Assembly (NCBI GenBank): GCA_028023455.1
Contig: JAQFVV010000005.1
Coordinates: forward strand, 4,092,001 to 4,156,000
Reading direction: 5' to 3'
DNA from: Epiperipatus broadwayi
Taxonomy: Eukaryota > Animalia > Onychophora
DNA: 64,000 nt
Shown: positions 25,941 to 38,156 of the stretch, one piece after another
Layout of the letters: each line of letters starts with the position of its first letter
Numbering within the stretch: position 1 is the first letter of the stretch
Program-made: the position numbers and the translations under genes
The notes under the pieces: model-generated
Database searches by the model: none
Told to the model about the DNA's origin: nothing
Seen by the model: the letters and a program-made list of their open reading frames with translations, nothing else

Positions 25941-26891
25941 TAGCAAAATTTAGTTGATTTGGTATTTTAAGTATATATCAACTTTTCCTTTTCAACTTCA
26001 ATTTTTTACATTTTTTAGCATTATGCTTAAAAAAACATTTTATTATGTGAAATAATATAAATCAAATTCTGAAAAAATAATAAAGTGAAGTTTTTCTAAA
26101 GAAACATTATTAATATAAATGATCACATGTGGCATCTTGAGACAGAAAAGGGCTTATGCTACATTATAAAATGTGTAAAATTTACAAATTTTATTATTTA
26201 GTTTTTTTAAATGTGATTGTATTTGTCACCCCACGACAAAAAATAAACTGCTTCCATCTCATAAAGTTTATTAAATTTTTGAATTTTAATTTTTTTTTTA
26301 TTTACTTATATTTTTTTTTGTTTATTTAAAATATACTTATAATTACAGAACTGAATTGTGTTTAAATCATTAATTGAATGTAGTTAAGTAAATTTGTTTT
26401 TGAGATCTGTGAATGTTACATTTAGCAAGACCTATAACCAAGACTTGTGAAATTTAAAAATATAATACATTTTAATGTTTTTATTGTTGTTTCTTTACAT
26501 TTATCTATTGTCTTTTAATTTTTGGATAATCTGTAATTGATGTTGTGTATATTATACAGCACTTATCATAGTTTCATCGTGCCCATGTAAACTAAACAGA
26601 CTTAAATTTAAATACTTGTCTATATAAAATTAAAATTCAATAGTAATAGTTTTATTAACTATTTTAACATTTGATATTGGATAATTTATTAGTGTGTGTG
26701 TTTATGTTGCTGAAACAATATAAAAACACATTATTTCATTATTGGTGTGTCTGTATATATATATAGTAAAGAGCATAGAAATATTTCTAAACAAGCTTAT
26801 TTTATCATTATTTTTATTTATTTATTTATTTTTTTATATGATAAATGCTATAAGAGAAAGCATTCAAATTTGTATCTATGATTGTTCCCAT

Positions 26892-26930
26892 CCCCAGACT
26901 GGTTTCAAGCTATGACTCTTTTCAGTGAGG
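26892..26930 (-). ncRNA. Family-B-related hammerhead ribozyme remnant with a different stem II
   Basis: Minus strand reads CCTCA-CTGAAAA-GAGT-CATA-GCTT-GAAA-CCAG-TC-TGGGG. Stem I matches family B and G8 is mutated to A. Confidence 0.55.
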
Positions 26931-28371
26931 AGCTACGACACCAGATTCAAAAATACTAACTAGCCAAGCATTTATCTAATACCTAACTTTTAAGAGGAAG
27001 ATATATATATATTGTAACATGATAAAAAATTATGATGCTGGGAAAATGATCAATCTAATCTGAATAAAACATAGCCCAATCATTGGTCACTATTTTGTAA
27101 TGGAATATTGATTTTAATATGGGATGATAATATAAAAAACTTTACTATATCTCAGAATTGAGACGTCATTCATAATAATGTAGATCTAGCCTGAACATGG
27201 AATGTCATTTTATAACATCCCAAAGTTGACTTGGTATTTTGCAATAATTGCCACATGTACTTTATCATCATTGGCTAGCATTGAGTAGCTACTTTATTGC
27301 AATAATAATGGATTTTCTATCTCACTATCTCTTTACATTTATTCAGTCAACATTTGTCATAAAGAAATGCCCTTAAGATTTATATTATTTATCACAGAGC
27401 AAAACATGCGTTAACAAATAGTAACTCTGTTAGAACCTGTGTAAAATTAACTAGCTTAGTTATTGATCACATTAGGCAATAACAATATTTCCCATAAAAA
27501 TTATTTAGATTGTTCACTACACTATCCTAAATTACTAACAATCTCTATTAAAATTTAATTTACTCAGAATGTATTTAAAACGAAATAAAGCCAACGAGAT
27601 CATCACCTCCGACATCAATAGATTTATTCACTATTCCCAAAGTAAACTGCAATGAACAGTGAAATTATATATTATTATCCTAAACAATAATGTATGCCCA
27701 AGATATCTATTTGATTGATAATTGAATAAAACTAAATTCGAATCAATAAACAACTAAATTGCGCCCTAATTTATTATTCTAATATCATTTATAGTAATGC
27801 AAAATTTATTTTAATATTTAATGACATTCTATTTAAATCAACTAGTTTTTAAATAATTATAATTCCATTTTGAAAACGTTTTTTATAAACTTACACTATT
27901 TATAATGTTTAAATTAAATAAACCTTTAGTCAGTTTTATATCTATTTTAATAAAACATTAAATATAATATAAAAAATTTATTCATACCCTACATTAGATC
28001 GATATGCAATTATTACTTCAGTTATGTTTAAAATGAAATACTCTACAAGAATTTGTTATCAATAAATATATTAGATAAATTCACATTACCCAATCACATT
28101 ATATAAAATATACCGTTGGTTTCTATTGGATATTTACTGACTTACAATCATTGATATTAGTCATATACATAAATCTTGAATCAATCGATTATAGAAATGG
28201 ATTTTATAACAATTAAACTATACATGAGATAATTGGCAGTTATCCAAGCCAATAATATTCAATTACACTAGTTAATGAAATTTATGATCCCACTTCAAAG
28301 AAGTTTAAAGTTAATTAAGACAAATCATTTTGACTAATGACAGAACAAAATCTATTAAGCTGCACTCCAAT

Positions 28372-28790
28372 ATGTAATATATAGGGGTTTGAACTCAGAC
28401 TTTCACATGACCCTCAACTATACATTCTATTCCATACTGCTGACACACTTGAGCACACATGTCAAAAAGATAAATAATCACCAATAAACATATTTTGTGC
28501 TAAACCAGCACTCGTTAGTTGGTCCTGATTATCATCACACATATATACAATCAACGCACAGCTTATATTAAGATAGCCAATCTTCATACTTCAATGGATA
28601 CTCTTCAATCCACTCCACCCCACAACTCTTCAGCCATCCATTTCATTGAAAATCTGATGATGGAATGCTCAAAGCCCACATTAGTTCCAACCTTTTCATC
28701 CTACCTATGTTGATCATAAGTCACTCTGACTCCTCATGTACATGACATAATCCATTTACATACATATGCGAGGGATGGGCAAACCTAACA
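28372..28790 (-). mobile_element. Family A copy (A4), ribozyme core decayed
   Basis: Aligns with A1-A3. The core reads CTAACGA...AAAA on the minus strand. Confidence 0.8.
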
Positions 28791-28819
28791 GCACTATATT
28801 TTAATATATGATTTTTTTT

Positions 28820-29369
28820 TTGTTACATTTTCATTTACCATTGTCAAACTTCCTCCACTCACAACTTTGACGCCATCCATTTCAGATAAATACAGTAATG
28901 ATTATTACTAATCATTTCCGAAACTAGAGATTATCTCCAGCACAGATATAAACTTTAAACCTCAGTTAAAGATTAATATATCTGATTTTTTTATTTTACA
29001 CACACGGAGTTATTAACCTTTCTCTTTCCGTGTGTAATATCTTATAGATATAATAAACACCACCATATTTCCCCCATTCTTTTTAAATTTACTTAAATAA
29101 AGATATAATAAATGACAAATGACCCTCAAGATGCATTTCGTGCTGAACCAGCACTCAACAGTTGGCCCAGGTCGCTATCTCTCATACATATCTTTATTAT
29201 ATGAAAAGTATTTATCTACAGTAAATTGTTACATTTTCATTTACCATTGTCAAACTCCCTCCACTCACAACTTTGAGGCCATCCATTTCAGATAAATGCA
29301 ATAATGATTATTACTAATCATTTTCGAAAGTAGAGATTGTCTCTAGCACAGATATAAACTTTAAACCTC
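28820..29369 (-). mobile_element. Family A-related variant (A5): 406-nt monomer with ~144-nt terminal redundancy
   Basis: Direct repeats 28820-28963 and 29226-29369 (offset 406). Between them the minus strand at 29165-29126 reads CCAA-CTGTTGA-GTGCT-GGTTC-AGCAC-GAAA-TGCA-TC-TTGA. Confidence 0.75.
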
Positions 29370-31739
29370 TTTTTTTTTGTAACCGGATAAGATAAGCAAA
29401 TAAATAATCAACTCCGAACTAATGATATTATTTCTACCAGTAATATTGACTTAGATAAGTAAACAAACATTTAAATGCAGTAACAAATATAAAATTTATA
29501 CCTAATCCGACTTAACAATAGTGTATAAAAATGTACATATATCTAATTCTATTTCACTTACCAAAGTTATCTTGCACATTCAAAAGTACTCTAAATTTAT
29601 TGGTTTATAAAAAAGTTTACGACATTAATAATAAATATATATATATAACAGAAAAGACAAATGATGTTTGCAATAAAGTCATAACCAGTTAAAAATATAC
29701 AATCCTAAGTTTCTTTAATATATGAATAATTGGTAGTCTATTAATGTATACAATCAATAAGAATAAGAATAAAATATGTATCTGAAAGTCAAAAAATATA
29801 TACTATATATGAAACGGAAGAAGAGATTTTAAATATCTTCCTGAGACTTCAAAGAGAATATACAACGATAAAAAAAAATGTAATCAAATATATAAAAAAA
29901 GATCTCTATTTATTCATTAATGTAATTTCTAAATAAGTAAATGAATAGAAAACCCACTGTATTCAAATCCTTCTCTATCCGAATATCCCTGAGTTAAATC
30001 TGGCATATATATATAATTTTAAATATTTGAAAACATCGGGTCGTATTAATTTATTTCATTCGTAAGAGTTTAAATAATGAGAACAAAAATGAATCTCTCC
30101 GACCTTTTTATTGCGTGAATTCTATAATAAATTGTGTATATATATCTTTCAACCCTAAATTTTAAAATGAAATATAAACAAATGTAAACTATTTTTTTTA
30201 ACAAAAAAAAAAAAAAAATACATATATACATAGAAATCATACCACTAAGTGAAAGTCTGTCCATTTTTACTCACTAGTTTATTGAGCTTCTAGTTCCTGA
30301 TGTCTGATCCTAATGGGTAGAGACAATTTTCCTTTAAGTAGAGAAAACGAGCATAAATGATAATTATCATGGATTTGAATCCAATTACTTTCGCGTTTAA
30401 ATTCCGATATTTTCTTTTAAGCATATAAATGTATCCAAGTCTTTAAAACATTAGGTACTTAGTTGATGCAAAATTACATACCACTGGCTCTATTTTCCTT
30501 TTCATTGATAATCATGTATAAAGATAATTTTTTTTCACTAACAAAATTCAGCCATATCCAAAAGAATAATAAATGCTACCTTTTCCTTTCCAGATTAAGA
30601 AAGTGAAATTTAGATTGCTTGATATTACACATAAATTAATCGATCTTGTGAAATCTGTTAATCTGAAATATGATGTCCATATGCACATAACTGGGGTTGA
30701 TGGAATTCTAGATTTTTTGCAACAGAATTTTTTTTTCTTTATAGCCAACTTGTACATTTTGATGGGTTTTTTTTTGTTGTTTCACATTTTGTCATATCCT
30801 CAGGAATTTCATCAACAAACTGACCCCAATTTAATGGGGAAATAATTAAAATTTATTCTTCCATATTTTTAGAAATTAACCACTTAAACAATAAAATTTG
30901 ATAAATTTTTAAAGACAGATATAAATGTAGCCATTCTAGGCAATGACAAAATTAAAAGAACTCAAAAATTACAGCATCTCCCTTCTATTTATAAGATATT
31001 CTTGATGACATTACTGTTGTCACAATGACTGTTGGAAATCACTCAAATTTCACTCAGTGATGTAAACATATGTTCAAGACAATTTGCCTCCAATTTGTAA
31101 GTGAAATGGAGATTTTAAAATAATTTAATACAGTAAAATGAAATCCTGTTTTGCAAGTTCAATATTATTTTTCATTTTAAACCAAAATAAAGATTTTATA
31201 TTATAATTTTAATACATTCTGATGAATACAAATATTTTTACATATGTTTTTTAATAATACTTTTATAACTAATTTATGAACAAATATATGTGAAACATAA
31301 AACATTTAATTTTATAATAGATGTTGTTATGGTGATTGTAATAATAAAAATAGAAATGTGTAATACTTAATAATAATATTGATTTTCTTCAAGTAATCTT
31401 TTTTATGATTTACTTAACTATTTCATAAATCTATTTATTTATTTACTTGTTTATAATTTTTTTCTGAAATTGATCACAACAGATTTATGACTTGATGTTA
31501 AAATTAGCAGAAAACAATATTATTTTAAAGCATTAGGTTGCTATGGTTATCTAGTTAACATTATATTTCAAGACTTTCATTATCCATAGATCAAGTGAAA
31601 TGAAAATTAAACAAGATCAACAAACTTCTTTATTTTTTTAAAATACTGTGACTTACAGCATTAATCTGGGCCCTTACAATATATATATACATTTTAAACA
31701 TTTTAAGTTTATTTGACAAATGATGTATATACACAATTA

Positions 31740-32640
31740 TAAAAATAAATAATATCTGTAGATTTGGCTTTGTGAAATGCTCCATTATGTCATTCTTTGA
31801 ATTTGTTGAGATAATCGAACATGCTAAAATAAGGGACTTGCATTATTAGACATAAAAAAGCTGTATGGTGCAGTATCTCACAAACTATCAATAAACACAA
31901 TAAAAGACTTAATTTAAATAATACAGATACAGTAAAAAAGTGACTTCATCATCAAAGTACTGAGCTAAATAGATAATGACATCATGGCTATGTTCCACAA
32001 TGAATATTATAGAATGAAGGACTTTTAAACAATGGGGCTCCCAATTAGTGTGATAAAATGCAGCCTAACACTGTCAAAAAACAAAAACAAAATTGTACCA
32101 TTTCCCCTCAAATCAGATAAATATATTTTATATAAAAATACATAGATGATGTGTTGCCAATAGGAACTGAAAATGCTGTAAGAAGTATAAAATTCTTAGA
32201 CTTAATGATCAACAGAAATAAAAACAATTTCAACTATAAAATGATAAAGCCAATAGAAATAAGAGATGCAATGCACACCAGTAAAAATTTCAATTACATA
32301 TAAACTAGCAAGATTTAAAGGCTTTCTAGATTGAAACCAGTGCCTATATAAATGTGATGCATCTAGAAAATACAACATTAAAAGATACACAGAAGATCTA
32401 ACTAACATTGGATATAGCAGAAAATGTTGTACAGGGAAATCAGAATGTTAAATATCAAAATAAAACAGAATTCCAGAAGACAAGATAACAAAAAGGCAAG
32501 TGGTATAATGTCTTATAAGCCAAGTATTACAATTAACATGAAGAATATATGCAAGAAAAGATAACAATGTGGAATTTATAACATTAGCTAACCTAAACAG
32601 ACTAATCAGCAATTGCACCACTGGTACTGGTTGGCGATTT
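31740..32640 (+). mobile_element. Decayed Penelope-like element reverse transcriptase region
   Basis: Ordered PLE RT motifs: LLDIKKLYGAV (31843), MFHNEYYRMKDF*TMGLPIS (31990-32049, cf. FxFNxxYYxQxxGxxMGSPIS), KYIDDVL (YIDD 32139-32150) and KFLDLMINRN (FLD 32193-32201). Confidence 0.75.
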
Positions 32641-34429
32641 GTCTGCATTAATTTTAGTTGTATTATGGATTACAATTTTTTGAACAATTATATTTTGAAA
32701 ATAATCATGAAATTTAACATTATGATTATTTAAGTTCAAATTTACAATTGAATTTGAAATAAGCAAACAGTTTACACTTTAGTATTACTTCCTAATTTTT
32801 TTTAGTAATACTAATATTTTCTAAAATGTAAAAAGATGTTTGCTATCAGATATTTATGTTTTTATTTCTTGGTGCATATTCATGACCCATTAAAAATTTA
32901 ATGTGACCCAAAAGTTGAAAAATTCTATTCTAGAACATTCTAGAGAGTTTAGAAGTTAGTTGTAATTTATTTTAAAATAATTCTAATTTTACCTATTTAA
33001 TATTTTTGTCTCTCATGTATGTGCATGTGTGAGATGTACCTGATTGAAAAACAAAATTTGAAAAGAAATTTGATTACATTTCAAGTTCTTTATTTAAAAG
33101 AATTATTATAATATTGTTTTAAATTGCAATCTTTTTTTGTTTAAAACAATAATAATATCTGCTATTATTTGGCTAAGGTATTTATTGTTTTTAATTTAAA
33201 AACTTTTAAAAGGTTGAATAAAATGTAATGTTTTAATTTATTGCTAAATAATAATCATTTATAAATGTATCATATGATCTTAGTTTATCTAAAGGGGTTT
33301 TAATTAAAGAAATTATTTTTAGAATAGCCAGCTTGATAACCAATTTAGTTCAAATTAATTAACAAATTTAATTAATGCCCTTAGTGCCAACTATTAATAT
33401 TTGTATCACCTGACTTACCATATTAAAGCAACTGACTACATATCTCAACTGATATCATTATTTTTCTTCACCATTCTACCACATATTAATTTTATTTATT
33501 GTTTAGTATTTTACCAGTTTAAGCCATGAACAACTAATAATATATGCTTGGACTCCTACATTGGGCCCAACTGTTGCACTACACTGTCTACAAAATTATC
33601 AGTAGTATACACAATTGGAAACTCTTAAACAATTTATTGTTATTGATGGAAATGATAAGCTGTCTCATAGCTTTACCATACCAGGAATTTTCACAGAAGT
33701 ATTAACTTTTAATGTTTATTTACCCATGCTCAAAGTTTAATTGGATATTTTGAATACCAGAACTGTGTTAACTTATTAAACAACATGCTAAGTTATTTTC
33801 TACCACTGACTATAGACTATATATTTTTCTACTATGACTTACCAATATTCTCATTAGCTTAATTTTGTTTGACAACAGAATTAGAACATTAGATGAGCTT
33901 GAAGGATATTGCAAGATATGAAGGCTGTTGGGAGATTTTAAGTATAAAAAAATTAAATACATTTCCTTTATTATGGAAATAATTTGTCTTTTTTTATTAT
34001 GTCTTCATAATTTAAAAAAAAAAAGACATTCAAGAAATAGCATTGTGCTAATTTTTTTAAAAAATATCACAAATGTTTATTTTAATGTCTAGAATTTGAA
34101 ATGGAAATATTGGCATTTTCAGGAATTGTTTATCATTTAAATATATTATGAAAGTATTTATTTTTGCTTGCGTGTTTTCATCATTAGATAAAAACTTATG
34201 CTTTAAAATATATTGCCTATTAGGGAGTATTTTCTCTTACTATGAAATAAAAATGGCTATTCATACTGAAATATGCCACATTTCATCTGGATATTTTTAC
34301 TGATTATGAGAGATAAAATAAATATGTTTTTATCAATGTTTTAATGCTTTCAAAATATTTATATTGCTTTGAACTGAAATGATATTAAGCTGTCGATAAA
34401 ATTTATATTTCTTTACTCAAACATAATAT

Positions 34430-34870
34430 CTATATGAATCTCATTGGAATATTTTATGTGCTATAAAATATGAATTAATGCTGTGCTACATTTTTTACAA
34501 ACTATGCATCAGCTTTAAACTTCATTATTATTATATATTGCTTTGAAGGATTTTATTTCACTTTTTATAAATTTCTCATCATTTCAAACTTCATATTTGC
34601 TTGAAATAATTCTGTGCTTATTTGTTAATTATAAATTTTACATTGTGCTCTCAATAAATCCATTGTTTAACTTTGCATCACTCTAAGAGAAATATAAGCT
34701 GCATATTTAGCTTATATTTGCTTGAAAAACATTCTGTGTTCATTTATTATTTATAAATTCTACATCATGCCGTCTATTAATTATTTATTGCTTAAAACTT
34801 TGCATTACACTGAAATAGATAATATTATGTATATTTCATATTTGCTTGAAATAATACTATGCTATACTTT
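34430..34870. repeat. Degenerate tandem repeat, unit ~121-124 nt, about four copies
   Basis: T(C/T)ATATTTGCTTGAAA recurs at 34591, 34712 and 34836, with AACT(T/A)TGCAT(C/T)A at matching offsets. Confidence 0.6.
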
Positions 34871-35292
34871 TACTTAGAATGACTTACTTCATGTCAATAT
34901 TTAGCTCAATTTGCCTCAGATTTTGTCTAGTTATTTTATATAGTGCTGCAGAGAATGGCATTGAAATATGATTTCCAGACTTTAAGGACTTTTCAAGTGG
35001 TAAAAGGGCTATATAAAATATAATATTTTAGATTTAAGTTCATTTATATGTTTTATTATTATGCTTATGATATTTTGTTGCTTATAATTTATGTTATTTG
35101 AGTATTGGAGTTTCTCAGAGTATTTTCAAGTATGTACATCAAATATGGAATTGCTTAGAATGAGTAATAAATGGATAAATGAATTACTGGAGTCAATATA
35201 TGTTTTTTATTTAATTATTAAACCATCATTCTTACATCTAGAAATTATATTATTACAATATTGTCTGTTTTATTTATTTTTTACATCATATG

Positions 35293-35327
35293 TATTATTA
35301 TTATTATTATTATTGTTGTTGTTGTTG

Positions 35328-35393
<66 letters not shown>
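35293..35393. repeat. (TTA)n microsatellite interrupted by (TTG)n
   Basis: A ~100-nt trinucleotide run. It explains the poly-Leu ORF 35091-35408. Confidence 0.95.
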
Positions 35394-35396
<3 letters not shown>

Positions 35397-37699
35397 GAGA
35401 TAATCTAGTGTCAAAGCTATTTTTATATATTTGTCTGAATTATGGTTTTTTAAATGAAATATGTCTTAGGTAAGATATAGCTGGTTGCTATGTCTTTGGT
35501 ATTTATGATGGTTTATCAATACTCAGTTTGTTAAGAGAAGCAAGGTCATAATTCTTTATTTATACTTAGAGAGAAATGCATACTTTGAGTCTATTCCATC
35601 ATTTTCGTGTTATCTCTTTTGTTGTTTTTATCAATGTCTTGCATCATACCAACCATGCCTTTATTTTGGCTCTTGAATATTAAAGTCATGTCTCACATCA
35701 ACCATGTCTTTATTTTTTGTTTTTGATATGATCAGAGTAGTTACATATTTTGATACTGTTGATATGCTAAAACCCAAGATAAACCCCATGATAAAATATC
35801 CCATGTTTAAACTTATCTAATTATATTATTTGGCTTATAAAATTATGAACATTCTCCAAATTCAAGGTTATAATATTGATGGTAAGATTTATTTATATAT
35901 TAGAAAGAAAGTTGAGTTAATAAACAAAATATGAGAGCATTCTCTATTCATAGCCTACAATATGTTTTTCTGATTGTCTTTTAATTTATTGTCATCATCT
36001 TAAAAACATTGTATTATTATTATTATTATTTTTATATTAAAATTATAATTTTTATGGATGATAAACTTCATAGTATCAATAAAATATTGCTTTAATTATT
36101 AAATTCAGTGTTTTTATCTCTGTCATAATCTGTATTATCAGAAAATTTCAATCGCACACAAATATTATAATGGTTTGAAGTATAAAAGTATAAATATAGT
36201 TTTTAAAGTCACTTTATTTATCAGAGATTATGTTGTTGATATTTAAAGGACATCATGACTAAATTATTTTATCATGTTTATTTTAAGCTTGATTATCAGA
36301 AATCCTTTATTGTAATATACAAGTATAAACAAAAACATTTTCCTACTCATATTTTCATGAATGTAATACTAGATGGTGATTTCAAAAAAAGAATTGTTAA
36401 ATATTAAAGTCTCATCATTATTAATAGTAATTAAAATTATTTGTTGTATTAGCATATTATTTAAAGTCTGGATATCTTATTTTTTAGGATATATTCACTT
36501 ATAGAATTTCTAACCTGAGATATGAAGAATATAATTTTACTTATTTATTTGAAGAATTATTATTAGTATAATAACTCTGAGATTAGATTAATAGATAAAA
36601 GTAACCTGAGATTAGTATACCCTTGTCCAGTCAAATTTATTTAGAGTTATCTATTCATAAGGGTATATGTGGTGTGTGTTGTATTATACATGTGACAACT
36701 GCTGCTTTTACCTGAAATAATATATATATATAAAGACTAACTAAAGAAAATACATATAAAAAATAATAAAATACAAACAAAATTACTTGTATGTAAAACT
36801 ACTTTTATATTTCAACCAGAGGACTTGTTATTATCAAAAAGAAAGAATACAATTTAAAAAATCTTTCATTGTAATATAAAAGGAGTTTTATATACAAGTT
36901 ATTTTGTTTACATATTATTATTTTTTTTTGTATATATATATTGTAATGATACAATCTTGGCTAGCTTTAGCAGTGCCTATCTTTCAAGCCTCCTAAACCA
37001 ATCAAGTTGAAGGATAAGTCAAATATTCTAAAATGTTTGAAAGAAAAGCAATATAGAAAAAAAAGATTCTCTCGTTTGATGTCTTAGATTCATTCAAATA
37101 TAATTTAAATTATATTTGAATAATTAAATAACAATAATAATACCTTTATTCATAAAAAGATATTTGTAAAGATTATAAAACTTTACATATATTATTAACA
37201 CATTCTATTTATATATATTGAAACAGATATACTGTTCCTCGCGTATATATATTCAAAAGACCCTCCCCCCTCATTTAAAAATATTGGCATGATTTGTTGT
37301 TAGAAAAGAAAAGACTTAATAATGGTTGAGGAAAACTAAAAATTTAAAGAAACAAAGGAATCATGAAAATTGACAGCAATGAAAAAAGAAAGTTAATCTG
37401 GTCAAATTAAAAATAAAAAAAGACACAACAAATACGTTAAATCTGCAATTAAAAGAAAGTATAAATCTTTCTTTATTAAAATTCATCAATCCAAAAAAAA
37501 AAAGGAAATCAATTAAGTAAAAAAGAAAAAATATATATTTAAACATTAAAAAAAGATAAGTTTATTTTGTATTGCAGAAAAATAATTTGTAAGGCAAAAT
37601 AACTTAGGTGTTAAGCCAATGCCTTTAGGCAAAGAAATGTAAAATTAATTGGAATTCAAAAACACATAGCCAGATAATTAAAAACGGTCTTCTACTGCC

Positions 37700-38156
37700 A
37701 AAAAGAATAGCCAATGAGCTGGGGGAAATGGCACGAACGTGGAAAACATACTACCAACTCCAATTAAAGCAGGCGTCATATAAAGAGAAACCATTCTGAT
37801 AAGCAGAAAGTATAAATAGCTTAAAAATTTGGATTATCAGACAGAGAGAATAATTTTTATTATTATCATCGGTTAAGTAGTTTTTCTTTTGAGAAGTCAT
37901 ATTGAATAAAACAAGCAGAGAAAGTGCAAAATATTTGGAAAATTCGGATTATCAGAGAGTATTTATTTTTATCAGTTTTACTAAGTAAAGCAAGACAGAA
38001 AAATCAAAACTTAACCATGAAAAAACAATATAACATGGGCGGTTGACCTGAGTTTTTCTCTTCATCCACCATCATGAAGTAAGCTCCAGCCTGTCTACTG
38101 TGCCATTCATTAAGCCCCATGGGTATTGAAAGAGAACAACAAGTAATAAGGTAAGA
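37700..38156 (+). promoter_or_regulatory. Possible promoter and first exon
   Basis: CCAAT at ~37711, TATAAAT at 37811, Inr-like TCAGAC at 37837, ATG at 38119 (MGIEREQQVI) and a strong donor AAG|GTAAGA at 38151. I found no downstream coding exon that continues the frame. Confidence 0.25.

Noticed and set aside
27540-28320. Possible Polinton/adintovirus minor capsid remnant (DYRNG...TIHE)
   Set aside because: Similarity rests on a few residues recalled from memory, with stops in between and no other Polinton genes nearby. It would need a profile search.
29930-30845. Candidate exons around the CpG-retaining patch (minus MDRLSLS|GTATGA; plus IKKVKFRLLDITHKLIDLVK... after a strong acceptor at ~30593)
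   Set aside because: I could not chain them into a coherent reading frame with good splice sites on both sides, and I recognise no protein family.
35091-35408. Poly-leucine ORF
   Set aside because: Produced by the (TTA/TTG)n microsatellite.
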